Source of the DNA: an uncultured Nitrososphaeraceae archaeon
GTDB taxonomy: Archaea > Thermoproteota > Nitrososphaeria > Nitrososphaerales > Nitrososphaeraceae
Length of the DNA stretch: 38,159 nucleotides
NCBI GenBank assembly: GCA_963837175.1
Contig: CAWIMJ010000049.1
Location: 1 to 38,159, forward strand
Direction: 5' to 3'
Positions 10,909-21,888 of the stretch are shown piece by piece. A program made the position numbers and the translations under genes. Below the pieces are notes generated by a model. That model was not told the origin of the DNA and made no database searches. It was given only the letters and a program-made list of their open reading frames with translations. The first letter of the stretch is position 1, and every line of letters begins with the position of its first letter.

Positions 10909-11328
10909 TTGATGAACATCTTCAATGGCAGAGCTGCAACTGAGGAATACATGTCTACTCATACACTTACCTTTTCTACTCCAGAGATGACTTTAAAGAA
11001 ATTTGCTCTGTGGTTAGGAGAACAGGTTAACCAACCTGGAGGAAAAGAAAATGTTCCGCGACTGATTCTTTACCTCCAAGACAAGGAAAGAGGAGAAAAA
11101 AAAGACTCTGATTTTCTTCCTGATGTTGATGATACATTCAAACCTAGTGGGGCAGTAACAGAAATGTATGGTGGAAAGCTGTCTGCTGGAGATCGTGACA
11201 TGACACAGCAAAATATGACAAAGTTAAACGAAACGCTACAATCAAGAGATAAATTCTGTATTGAATGCGGATTTAAGCTCAAGACAAATTCAAGATTCTG
11301 TACACGATGTGGCACAAAGCAAGAATAA
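10909..11328 (+). CDS. Hypothetical protein with C-terminal zinc ribbon
   Basis: FCIECG...FCTRCG; starts 27 bp after the previous gene. Confidence 0.8.
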   Translation: MMNIFNGRAATEEYMSTHTLTFSTPEMTLKKFALWLGEQVNQPGGKENVPRLILYLQDKERGEKKDSDFLPDVDDTFKPSGAVTEMYGGKLSAGDRDMTQQNMTKLNETLQSRDKFCIECGFKLKTNSRFCTRCGTKQE

Positions 11329-11364
11329 CAAAAAGAAACAAATGTAAGATAAATACTTGATAAC

Positions 11365-11753
11365 AAATGGATTGAATTGAATACTACACATATACTGATC
11401 AAAAGTGGATCTTTTACAACGAATTATGACGATGCTTTTGAAGAGTATTGAATAAATTACAGAAAACATTCAGGGTTAACTTGGGATTTTGAACCCAGCA
11501 AGTAGATCATGAATGCAAATCCGTTTGAAACTAATCATCAAATCAATGCTTATAATGCTATGCAATTAGTAAAACTTCATGGATCAGTTAACTGGATAAA
11601 GAATCAAAAGGGAGAGAAATAAAAGAACATGAATATAGTTCGAGCTTTAACTTCGTACATTCTCATAGCAGTAGTGGCGATGTGATGATGGATGAAATTA
11701 TGATCTATTCTCACAGCCAAAAACAGCTATACTTTACACCATGCCTAAAGTAA
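11365..11753 (+). pseudogene. SIR2-like (SIR2_2) domain remnant
   Basis: FTTNYDD (from 11413) and LVKLHGSVNW (from 11566) are in the same frame with stops in between. Confidence 0.7.
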
Positions 11754-11852
11754 TCTTGGGGAGTATCCTGCTGATGATCTGAAAATAGTTTCAAATTTTA
11801 CTATCTCCATTCATTTTTTTGTCTTTTTATCTATTAATCTACCAGACATTTT

Positions 11853-12771
11853 TTACTCCACATGATGATCATAGGTCAATTGGTCATAGAATCTAACTGA
11901 TTTGATATTCACAAATTCTAACATTCCATACTTAGATTATTCTCTACCAAACCCGCTATTCTTTATTCCACCAAATAGACTCTAGGATCTGAAACTACCA
12001 TACCATTAACAATAACACGCCTGATTCTACCTTAGCTGAGAATCTTTCTGCCTTCTCTAAATTCGAGTCCATATGCTTGCACCAAGATCAAATTTGGAAT
12101 CATTTGCAATTCTTATGGCTTCCTTTTCATCATTAGCCATGATTATTGGTGCGACAGGGCCAAACACGTTTTGTGTTACTTTCATCTCAGGCAGCACATT
12201 CTTAAGAATAGTTGGACGGTAGAAATAACCTCTGTTTTTGACTCTCCCCACCTGCAATGAGTTCAGCTCCTTCTTCAATGATCTTCTTAATTTCAATTCC
12301 GCATTGCATTGTAGCACTTGCTGGTTTCAATACAATAGTGTTTCCAATCATTAATGAAGGATCAGAAATCTGTCCTGCCAGTAAGGAAAATTCCATGGCA
12401 TTATACTAGCGATTACCAAGAGGTTCAAACGTTATGATACTTTTGCTTGTGTCCATATTAATAACTTCACCAGTAACAAAAATTTTTCCATGATCTGCGT
12501 AATATTCTATCGTCCATGCACATTTGTCTACCTCTTACCTAGCTTCTTTTATCGCTTTTCCAATCCCCTGTATAGCAGTTTTGGCAAGATTTTCCTTATT
12601 TAAGTTCTTTGTCAAAGACATAAGGAAATTTTGAGCGCTTATTAATATCTTTTTTCCATTCTAAGAAAACATTTTTTGCTTGCTTGATTGTGTCATCTAC
12701 TTGTTCTTTACTAACTATTTCGTACTCATTTAGAATTTCTTCTGTTGATCAGGGTTTACTGTTTTAATCAT
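11853..12771 (-). pseudogene. NAD-dependent aldehyde (succinate-semialdehyde-type) dehydrogenase pseudogene
   Basis: Fragments MIKTVNP, GNTIVLKPASAT, FGPVAPII and LGASIWT, with many frameshifts and a large internal deletion. Confidence 0.85.
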
Positions 12772-12904
12772 CTTATTATCCTATATTTTGATTTCTTGTA
12801 TTGTATTTCCTTCTATTCATAGTTTTGATTGATGATGTGATATGTTTGGATTATTTATTATCTCCCAAATTTAAAATATTACGTCAGAAATACCTGTCAT
12901 GATT

Positions 12905-13085
12905 CATTGAAAATCAAAGGGAGCTTGTTTTTCCAAGTAATCATACATAAGCTTGCCTTGCTCTCTGTCTTAAAGAAATATCAAGTGAAATAAGAGATTG
13001 TGATACATTAAGAACACTTGGAATTTTTGGTTAAGAATATCCAATTGATCTTAATCTAAAAACCTGATCTCTTCTATACACTGCA
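12905..13085 (-). pseudogene. HTH protein remnant
   Basis: RRDQVFRLRSIGYS*PKIPSVLNVSQSLISLDI fits a helix-turn-helix pattern. Confidence 0.5.
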
Positions 13086-13472
13086 AGTTTTTTTTCGAAT
13101 TTATATTAGAATGATTAACTCTACCAATTAATATTATCTTTGCAAGAGCATAGATTGTATTCCTATTTTAGTGATAAAAAATGCAATATCATTAGGTTAT
13201 CAAATCATTCAAAGGTAGAATTGTAAACTTAGTATTATATGCTATCGACGTGGAGGTTAAATCACCTGAAAGCAGATGGAGTTTTATCGTAACTTTCGTC
13301 TGGTACTCCAATAAGTTTGATGAGAAATCTAGTCAGAATAGCATATTGGATTCTATTCCGTAGTGCTAACCAACTAATGATAATATTAATAATACTTTCT
13401 GTATATTTAGAGAAATATGCAGCAGGTAGTTAGTTAAATTTAATATAGTCAAAAAAAGAATTTCCATTAACA

Positions 13473-14531
13473 ATGACTCACGATAGCAATGGCAAGAGTC
13501 TTGATCTTTTATTTACCGTTGCCTGGAAAGATGGCTTTGTCATAATGATCGACCAAACTAAATTGCCAAATAAACTCGTATACTTTAAATGCAATGATTT
13601 TAACGACGTTGCCTATGCAATAAAAAACCTAGTGATAAGGGGTGCTCCTGCAATTGGTGTCGCAGCTGCTTTGGGACTTGCGTTAGCCGCTACTCATAGC
13701 AAAGCAAAAACTGTTAGTGAATTAATGTCGGATCTCGACGTAGCTTTCAAGGTGCTTCGAGCAACACGTCCTACAGCAATTAATCTCTTCTGGGGATTAG
13801 AGCGTGTGATAGAAAAGGCAAAAGCAGGAAATACGGTTGAGAGTATTAGAAAAGTAATTCTGGATGAGGCTCTTAAGATAGCAAAGGAAGACATCCAAAA
13901 CAATAAGCAATTGGGAATTAATGGTGCTAAATTAGTTGAAGATGGGGATATTATTATGACCCACTGCAATGCCGGCTCATTAGCAACTGTTGCGTACGGA
14001 ACGGCATTGGGAGTAATACGCGCAGCAATAGAGGCGGGTAAGCGTATAAGTGTTATTGCAACTGAAACCCGTCCAGTAATGCAGGGTTCAAGATTGACTG
14101 CCTTTGAACTTCGGCATGATGATATAGACGTAAGTCTGATTCCTGACACTGCTGTGGGACATATAATGTCTCATGGCAGAATAAAGCGCGTAATAGTGGG
14201 TGCAGATCGAGTTTTACGTACAGGTCATGTTTTTAATAAAATAGGAACTTATCAGGTGGCATTACTGGCTAATATGCATAAAATACCATTCTACGTAGCA
14301 GCTCCAATTTCTACATTTGATTTCGAAAGCGATCCAGACAACGTTATTATTGAAGAACGCCCCGTGGAGGAAGTCATAAAGTTAGGGAAAAAGAGAATTG
14401 CACCGAAGGGAATCAGAATATTCAATCCTGCATTTGATATGACTCCGCCCGAATTAATTGCTGGCATCATCACTGAAAAAGGGGTTTTGAAACCACCATT
14501 CGACAAGAATCTTAAAGAATTATTTGATTAA
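13473..14531 (+). CDS. mtnA: S-methyl-5-thioribose-1-phosphate isomerase
   Basis: Motifs IRGAPAIG, RPTAINL, THCNAGSLAT, ETRPVMQGSRLT, GADR, NKIGT and NPAFD. Confidence 0.95.
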   Translation: MTHDSNGKSLDLLFTVAWKDGFVIMIDQTKLPNKLVYFKCNDFNDVAYAIKNLVIRGAPAIGVAAALGLALAATHSKAKTVSELMSDLDVAFKVLRATRPTAINLFWGLERVIEKAKAGNTVESIRKVILDEALKIAKEDIQNNKQLGINGAKLVEDGDIIMTHCNAGSLATVAYGTALGVIRAAIEAGKRISVIATETRPVMQGSRLTAFELRHDDIDVSLIPDTAVGHIMSHGRIKRVIVGADRVLRTGHVFNKIGTYQVALLANMHKIPFYVAAPISTFDFESDPDNVIIEERPVEEVIKLGKKRIAPKGIRIFNPAFDMTPPELIAGIITEKGVLKPPFDKNLKELFD

Positions 14532-14804
14532 CTGCTTTTTTAATAATATGTTTTATCAATAATACTCAGCCTCTAAATTGTCAATTGGAATATTTTCAAC
14601 TACAGCGTTAACAAATAACAATAATTCGTATGCACCATAGAAAGTCAAGATATCCGCAAAGGAGGTGAGATTTGAACCCGTATTTTGAAGAGATTATCTG
14701 GAATGAGTAATATTTTCCTTTTAATGTTCTATATCAACATTTTAACATTTTTCTAGATCTATAGTAAATTCTTCATTGTTTTATGCAAAGCACTGTCTAT
14801 AACA

Positions 14805-15290
14805 ATGAGAAACTTTAAATTTTCTTATATAATCTATTTCAGTCATTTGAGTGAAAATCGAAAACAAAGAAAAATTCAAGAAAAAAGATCTACCGTAAAT
14901 GAAGACGAAATTCTACTATCAGAAAAATGGCTTGTGGCTTTCATTGATCCTAATTCGAAGAAAAGTATACAACCTTTTGTATTTGTTAGACAATTTTACG
15001 CACCGGGATATTATGAAGCATATGATACTGTTATGACATATGCAGAGAAATCAAAAATTAGCATTTTGTGGTTCAAGCAAAAAGGTAACTGTGGATATCC
15101 ATACTTAAATCGCAATTATCCAATGCTAGAATCCTTTTGTATTTATTGTAATAAGAAATTCAATCATATCGATCCAATACCATGTACAAATGAGGATTGC
15201 CATGCAGAATTTTGTTCGAAGGTATGCATGGCAGATCATTATAAAATACGGCATAAAGAAAAGACATTTCAATGTGATAATGTGGTTTAG
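14805..15290 (+). CDS. Hypothetical protein with C-terminal Cys/His zinc finger
   Basis: 161-aa ORF containing CIYC...CTNEDC..EFCSKVC..DH...H. Confidence 0.7.
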   Translation: MRNFKFSYIIYFSHLSENRKQRKIQEKRSTVNEDEILLSEKWLVAFIDPNSKKSIQPFVFVRQFYAPGYYEAYDTVMTYAEKSKISILWFKQKGNCGYPYLNRNYPMLESFCIYCNKKFNHIDPIPCTNEDCHAEFCSKVCMADHYKIRHKEKTFQCDNVV

Positions 15291-16091
15291 AATACTATCT
15301 TATTAGTCTCTTTTCATAACAAAGAAAATAGAATTGATGATGGGATAATAATAATAATAATGTCATAGCTGCAAATGCTTTAATTTTTACAACAATATTA
15401 CTTCAACGATTATCTAATATTTATAAACTATATTAAAACCTGCAACTGTATGTATTTATTAATGTAAATCTTTGGTTTTCTTTGTACCTTTTTATGTCTC
15501 TTAAAGATCTTCTAAGATATAAGATTATTTATTAATCACCAAGCAAAGTCCCCTTGCTTCCTGATAGGCTAGTGCCGACTTACTGAGAGGAAGTCAACGA
15601 TAAGTAATATGGCAATAATAGAAGTAAGTGCTAAAAACCAGAGGAAAAACTTCGAAGGAATATATCGCTGGGCTGAAGGGATAAAGGAAACTATCAAGCC
15701 AGAATGAGAATGACTCAGCCAACTAAGAGTTCTACAATTCAATTCAAAGAAGGTAGAACAGACTGAGCAGAATTTAATGGAAGAAACACGCAGAGATACT
15801 GATACACAGTAACAGAACCTAATAATTATCATACAGGGAAATGTCGTAACCTGTAGCAAGGTATATTATAGCAGAATTCGGATTCACAGCTATGTATTTT
15901 CAATGTATACTCGTAAAAGATGAGATAAGACGTATGTAAGTATAATCAATAGTGAATTAAGATTTACATAAGTTACTTCAATCCCAATCAAATTCAGGAC
16001 AAGTTAGATAATTCGAAAGACTAAAAACAAACCATTTTGGATATGTAACTAAGAAAATATCAACACTAAAGAATATTGGTAGAGTATTTAA

Positions 16092-16748
16092 TTAAGGACC
16101 GCTCCAGTCAAATGGAATGTGCTTGCTAGACTTACCATTTATTTTCCATTTAAAACCCATTGCATCCACTTCATCTTCTACAGCTGTTCCCCATGTTGCA
16201 ACTGTACCTGGTCCTACTTCACTTCCAGGTGGGTTAAGTGTTTGGACTCGCTTGCCTGGAGGAGTCATAGGTCCAGTTAGAGCCTCACCTCTTGCAATGA
16301 CTTTTCCGGGTATTTCAGCACTCCAGTAAGCTAGGTCGTCAGAAACTTCAAACTTGATAGGAGCAAAATCGATACCACGGACCTCTCCTATGAGCTTGGC
16401 AAATTCAGCCATGAATCCTCCAGCCTTTCCGCTGAAAATCATCTGCAGAGCTTCTCTTTGTTTTTCATCAGCATGCTCGTCAAAAAACAATCCAAGATTT
16501 ACCTTTGTTTCTCCTGCCCAGATATTACCCTTGAATCTTCCAAGGGCTAACGCATTCAAGCCATCAAGTGATGTATTACCGTAATTACCTTGTCGGATAT
16601 GGTATGCAAGTACGCCGTCACAATCACCATAAGTTGGAGCTTGAGCGAACTCACATGGACATGGTATGTTACACTTGCAAACATCAAACCCGTCTCCTGA
16701 AACATTCCACTTTGGGATATTATTAGTGGTCATATTATTTAGTATCAA
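16092..16748 (-). CDS. DUF1326 family protein (start may be ATG 16733)
   Basis: CKCNIPCPC..APT.G.C, then DEHADEKQREAL..IFSGKAGG, ending FDWSG. Confidence 0.9.
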   Translation of the reverse strand: MILNNMTTNNIPKWNVSGDGFDVCKCNIPCPCEFAQAPTYGDCDGVLAYHIRQGNYGNTSLDGLNALALGRFKGNIWAGETKVNLGLFFDEHADEKQREALQMIFSGKAGGFMAEFAKLIGEVRGIDFAPIKFEVSDDLAYWSAEIPGKVIARGEALTGPMTPPGKRVQTLNPPGSEVGPGTVATWGTAVEDEVDAMGFKWKINGKSSKHIPFDWSGP

Positions 16749-17069
16749 ACAAAGCGTGCTATTTTAGTATTAGAGAATAACAACCAACAACAATTCCTAC
16801 AGAATAGATAGAAGAAAATCGAAAGTTTCTACTGCACCCGATAGAATATATTTAGTCATTAAGAAAAATAATGAGAAATAGTTACAAAAAGATTAAGCTA
16901 AGCTATCAGTAGCATTTCTGACAAATCAAAAATTAATTTGATTAGAATAATTATACATCCTTACACAAGGAAGGGATATGAAAGAATTAGGAAATAACAA
17001 AAGACAAAATAGTTCAATTCTAATAAGTGGTACTAACTCGAGCAAGCATAGCTGTGATGTTATACTGCC

Positions 17070-17177
17070 TACCATAATTTCGTATATCTTTTAAAACCAA
17101 GTAAAAGGATTTTTTAAGCATAGTAAACCTTACATATTAAGAAAAAATCTGTAAACGAACTTTTGTTAGTTAGTATA
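17070..17177 (+). mobile_element. Orphan IS630 end
   Basis: gaacttttgttagttagtata (17157-17177) matches the IS630 end at 8390-8410 at 19/21 positions. Confidence 0.6.
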
Positions 17178-17217
17178 GTTTTTGAATATCAGCAAAACAA
17201 TTTTTCTTGACAAGATT

Positions 17218-17300
17218 GGAGATACTGTTTGTATTCCCCCAAACGTATTACATTGTCATGGCTCTAAAATAAAGAACAAGATTTCTCACATATTGCAATT
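17218..17300 (+). pseudogene. Cupin domain fragment
   Basis: GDTVCIPPNVLHCHGS fits cupin motif 2. Confidence 0.55.
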
Positions 17301-17699
17301 AGGAGATCTAGTTAGATAATGAACAACAAGCCAAATCTCTATAGGCGTATCATACTGAACCAATGAAAAAGGTTAGGGTATTGAGAAGCACAACAAAGTA
17401 TTGTCTAAACTTAATGATCTACATGATAAAATCAGAATGACTATTTCAGAATAATTAGTGAATAACTCAAACTAGTCGTTGAAATTCCTACAGAACAGAT
17501 TTATATTATGACAATCTAATTCTCATGTAACAATCTCTGGAGGTACGGAAATATTAGAGGTAATTTGGTTACTGTAAAGGGTAAATGAGTGAATGATTAT
17601 AAAATTCTCAAATTCATAACCAAAAGAATCAAGCGTAAGTATATTGATCAATGTAAATACATTATTTCCTTTTCCCTATGTCTTCTACTGATGAAAGGA

Positions 17700-19226
17700 T
17701 TATGGCTGCTTTAGAAATGATTCTCTGTCTTTAACAAATCTGCCATCATCAATTACTGCATAAATGTTCCTTGTATTACTAATATTATCTAAAGGATTTG
17801 CTGCTAGAATGATAATATCTGCCTGTTTTCCATCTTGTATTGTACCTACCTTATCTGATATACCAAGTGCTGAAGCTCCGTTGTTAGTGGCAATCTTTAT
17901 GACATTTAATGGATTAATACCTGCCTTGACTAAGAGCTCAAGCTCATGGTGTAAACTTATGCCTGGAATAAGTCCAAAGTTTGGTATATCTGTACCTGAC
18001 ATGATTGTAACTCCATGATCATACAATATTTTAGTCAGCTGTAAGACTTTGGACCAAAGATGTTGATTTTGAGGATCATCTTTTAACATGGCTTCATATA
18101 TACTCAAAGTAGGATCAACAGGAACTTTATTTTTTACTAATGCATTTATCATTTCATTAATTTTTGTACTATTGAGGTCTACCAAATTAAGCCATAAAAA
18201 GTGGTCAAAAGGCCCACGACCATTTTCAATAAAAATCTCTTGATTATCTTTTGATAACAACAATGGGCTTACTGGAACTCCATGTGTAAGAGCATCAATT
18301 CCTAGGTTTGCAGCATCAGTCCAACTAGTCAGATACAAATGTCCTATGACTTTTATTCCTTGGTTATGAGCTTCATCTATAGCAGTTTTTACCAAGTTAG
18401 GATAAAGTCCAACGTACAACTTGACATAATCCACACCAGCATCTGCCTGACGCTTTACCTCTTCTCTAATCTCTGCCTCAGTGTTTACTATAGTCTCAAC
18501 AAATTTAGTGGGAAATTGCGGACCATTAATCAATCTCCCTGCAGTAAAGATCTGAGGACCTTTGATTTGGCCTGTAGCTACAGCATCACGGAGTGCAACT
18601 GACTCCTTGGTAGGGCCACCTGGATTACGAATAGTTGTGATTCCATTATCTAATAATGAGTTTAGTGTATTCTCAGAGACAGTCTGGTTATATGACGAAC
18701 TCCATACACCTGCAACATGTGCATGCATATCAAATAAGCCTGGTATAACATATTTGCCTGTAAGGTTTATCACTTTTACACTGTTTGCATGATTAATATA
18801 ATAGTTATTATTATTATCATATCGATTATGATATTCGCTTTCATTGGTTACTTCAAGTATTCTATTATCATTAATAATTATGACTGCATTAGGTTTTGGT
18901 GTAGTACCAGTTCCATCAATTAAGGTAGCTCCTTCTAATACCAATATTTTTTCATCTGTAGTATTTGATAATAGTAAAGATGATTTGTTGTATACAGTTG
19001 CTGAAAGTTTACTTGTTAAGTTGTTGTAATAAGAAGTAGAAGAAGATGATGATAGCGATGATGCCATTCCTTTATTGATCGGTATTACAAAGTTAGAATC
19101 TGAAAATAATAATAACAATAACAATAGCATTGATAATGATACAACAAATAATGAAACTAATGTAGTAATAGAAATCCTGGTATTTGTGTGACTTTTATAG
19201 GGACATATGCTAATTCCATTATACAT
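17700..19226 (-). CDS. Amidohydrolase-superfamily protein with N-terminal membrane anchor or signal
   Basis: PGLFDMHAH, GITTIR, YVKLY, GH, THG, SGTD and GTIQDGKQADII; hydrophobic N-terminus followed by a Ser-rich linker. Confidence 0.92.
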   Translation of the reverse strand: MYNGISICPYKSHTNTRISITTLVSLFVVSLSMLLLLLLLFSDSNFVIPINKGMASSLSSSSSTSYYNNLTSKLSATVYNKSSLLLSNTTDEKILVLEGATLIDGTGTTPKPNAVIIINDNRILEVTNESEYHNRYDNNNNYYINHANSVKVINLTGKYVIPGLFDMHAHVAGVWSSSYNQTVSENTLNSLLDNGITTIRNPGGPTKESVALRDAVATGQIKGPQIFTAGRLINGPQFPTKFVETIVNTEAEIREEVKRQADAGVDYVKLYVGLYPNLVKTAIDEAHNQGIKVIGHLYLTSWTDAANLGIDALTHGVPVSPLLLSKDNQEIFIENGRGPFDHFLWLNLVDLNSTKINEMINALVKNKVPVDPTLSIYEAMLKDDPQNQHLWSKVLQLTKILYDHGVTIMSGTDIPNFGLIPGISLHHELELLVKAGINPLNVIKIATNNGASALGISDKVGTIQDGKQADIIILAANPLDNISNTRNIYAVIDDGRFVKDRESFLKQP

Positions 19227-19678
19227 TTATAGTATACTCTATATTATCAAAAACTATTTGAATATACCACAGTATACTGCATTATAGCTATGATCTGGAC
19301 AATTACTATTACAAATAAATGATTGCTTGCCTGATATATATACAATAAAATTATTGTTGATGACTTAGGTAATTTCATTTTGTAGTGTTGTAAGGGATAA
19401 TTGATTTTGAATATGCTATCGACCCTAATGATAAGGAACTAGCCTCCGTGCCTCCAATCGTAATTTAGAATTATCAGCGTAAATGATTAAAATGGTATGG
19501 GTACTGGAGATTCGGATGTAGTAGAGGTAACTTCGGTAATGTATAAGTGCAAACAATGAGAAAAATAAGAAGATTTTCAATGTAAATGATAAAACTCAGT
19601 AGCCGATATTATATTTTTACCAATAATAATCCTAAAAGAGAATAGATATAGTTACTTCTTTAATCAGACATTAAGTAG

Positions 19679-19972
19679 ATGCCTTTAATTGCGCCAGTTA
19701 TCATAACATGCAAATGGTTTGTACATGAAGATAACATAGTTTATCTATTGCCTGTTAACGGATCTGATACTGAATGGTACAAAAATGTACTACATAATCC
19801 AAGCATGAAAATATCTGTGAATAAAAAAGAGTTCCTCGGAAGTGGCAACCCAATTACAGATGAAAATAAGGTTAGGAAAGTTGCTGATAGATTTAGATCT
19901 AAATATACTGCTGAGAATATTGCACGATATTATTCCAAATTAGACGCAGTAGTAGAATTCTCTTTAAAATAA
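19679..19972 (+). pseudogene. Deazaflavin (F420)-dependent nitroreductase-like split-barrel protein, probably 5'-truncated
   Basis: WFV...YLL..GSDTEWYKNVLHNP...FRSKY is present; the usual N-terminal TGRKSG strand is not. Confidence 0.55.
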
Positions 19973-20117
19973 GAAAAGGTTTTCTATTGTTATAGCTAAT
20001 CTTGCAACTTATACTTAGCACACTATATTGGCGGCTCTGTTAACTTAATGGTTCCAATTTTCAGGATTATTTCATTTATCAACTACGGCAGATCCTCTGA
20101 TTACCTACACTTAATTA

Positions 20118-20573
20118 TTAAAGTCCTAATGTTTCAAGATATGATCCAATTTCTTTAAATGAAGCCCGATGATAATCATTCATATGCTCAAGGACACGAT
20201 AAAGATGATACCCATTATCAAGCATATTACATCTATTGCATTTAATTCTATAATATGGATCAATTCCTAACTTTCTATATGCCCTCAAAATATCATCTTC
20301 ATCAGCTACATAATCGTATATCGATAAGGTCGTCGATGATGATTCATCTCCAATTCCAGCCTTTGACATTAGCAAGCCATTAACGCATACTTTGACCATA
20401 GATTTTGTTGTTGATGATGATGTGATTTGATGATGATGTTCGCCCAGATCCGTAATTTCGGAAACTTTCATTAAATATCCAAAACATTGTTCTTCAGTGG
20501 CAATTTTCAGTATATGTGAAAGCTTTATTTTCTGTTTGAGCTTCTGTTCTTGAGCCTGGACTACCACTAGCAT
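20118..20573 (-). CDS. Hypothetical protein with CxxC and H-x-N-D-x-H motif
   Basis: 151-aa ORF ending CNRC...EHMNDYHRASFKEIGSYLE. Confidence 0.65.
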   Translation of the reverse strand: MLVVVQAQEQKLKQKIKLSHILKIATEEQCFGYLMKVSEITDLGEHHHQITSSSTTKSMVKVCVNGLLMSKAGIGDESSSTTLSIYDYVADEDDILRAYRKLGIDPYYRIKCNRCNMLDNGYHLYRVLEHMNDYHRASFKEIGSYLETLGL

Positions 20574-20772
20574 TGTTCTTTCTTATATTATGTTGGTTTA
20601 TAAAGAGATTGATTGTAAAATTTTGGTATTCATTAGGGGCTTTATTAAATCTGCTGTTTATTTGGTTGCTCTTGGTCATTGTTATAAGTTTCTGGTTGAT
20701 CATAATTATATCTGAGTTCTTATGGTTCATCGTATGTATTATCATTTTTATGTGTTAACTTCTGCTTGTTAC

Positions 20773-21846
20773 TTATCGATGGTTACATAACGATGATGCA
20801 GTCATCGCTGCAGCTGCTGTTATAACTCTTTTTATCAATTCTGTGGTTAACTTATTGTAAAGATTTTCAGTCTCTTCTATTATCAGGGTAGTATAGGTAT
20901 CATTAAGACAACTAAATGATTTTTGCTGCTGTTGTTGTGACAACATTAACGAAAGATAGTTAGATCCATAAGAAGTTGTATCCGTATCATTATTATTTGA
21001 AATATCATTTAGTACAAAATTATATAATTCGTGGTTTCTTCTTAATGATTCAATTACTGACACAATAGCAAATTTCAAGAGTATCTTACCGTTTGTTAAA
21101 ACACTTTTTACTTTATCTTCTGCAACCTGTTTTATCTTAAGATATTCTTCATTATTGCTCTTGAATTTTGTTACAACTGATTCAAGTCTTGCCTTTTCAT
21201 TGTAGATATCTTCTATCTCTCTTCTTTCTCTTTCACAAGATATACGAAAAGAATTCAAGAGTCTGCTTGTTGATGGTATTTGATTGTTCAATTGGTATAA
21301 ACTTCTCTTGCATGAATGTTTTTGGGATTGCAGCATAGTTACATCATTTCTTAGTCTTTTAAATCGCTCTTCGATAGCTGGTAAATCATTATTAGCAATT
21401 GCAAGAACATTAACAACTTGCTGTACACCCATACCTTTGGCCTTAGCTAATTTGTATAATCTTAGATAATCTCCTATACCTTCATCTCCTAGCTCTTCAT
21501 AAACCATATTCAGATTGTGTAATTGTTTTAGCTTCCAATACTCGTTACAGAATTTAGTTGCCTCTGATTCTTTTACATTTAAAGCAATAGCTACTTCTAA
21601 TGGAGTCTTACTTTCTGAAAAGAGTTTGTAGGCTTGTGTGGAAAGCGATTGATGTTCTTGGTTTTTGTCGGAATCATCGTTACCTTGTTCTTCTTCTCTG
21701 TCCTTCACTTTAATTACCTTATTCAAAATAACTCCTATATCACGTGGAGATATTCTTACCTCCTTAGATATTTCACGATAAGTCTTGCCCTGATTGTAAA
21801 GCTCTAGTACAAGTCGTTCTTTTTCCTGCCTTGTTAATATCGTCAA
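20773..21846 (-). CDS. HTH plus coiled-coil hypothetical protein
   Basis: N-terminal HTH (LYNQGKTYREISKEVRISPRDIG), a second HTH-like segment (AYKLFSESKTPLEVAIALN), then a heptad-rich region. Confidence 0.85.
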   Translation of the reverse strand: MTILTRQEKERLVLELYNQGKTYREISKEVRISPRDIGVILNKVIKVKDREEEQGNDDSDKNQEHQSLSTQAYKLFSESKTPLEVAIALNVKESEATKFCNEYWKLKQLHNLNMVYEELGDEGIGDYLRLYKLAKAKGMGVQQVVNVLAIANNDLPAIEERFKRLRNDVTMLQSQKHSCKRSLYQLNNQIPSTSRLLNSFRISCERERREIEDIYNEKARLESVVTKFKSNNEEYLKIKQVAEDKVKSVLTNGKILLKFAIVSVIESLRRNHELYNFVLNDISNNNDTDTTSYGSNYLSLMLSQQQQQKSFSCLNDTYTTLIIEETENLYNKLTTELIKRVITAAAAMTASSLCNHR

Positions 21847-21888
21847 ATTTGTATCTTCAAGACGTATATTGTGATCGAGGCTTAAAGC

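Noticed and set aside
11482-11497. tRNA-like tgggattttgaaccca
   Set aside because: It is short and lies within the SIR2 remnant; likely chance.
13694-14506. Minus-strand ORFs inside mtnA, and similar antisense ORFs in other genes
   Set aside because: Antisense shadows of well-supported CDSs.
15540-15890. Purine-rich stretch with a small hairpin and a 96-aa minus-strand ORF
   Set aside because: It looks like decayed coding sequence, but I could not assign a family or an RNA structure.
20494-20758. Two short overlapping ORFs and loose internal repeats
   Set aside because: More likely an eroded low-complexity tail of the upstream HTH gene; no regular repeat unit.
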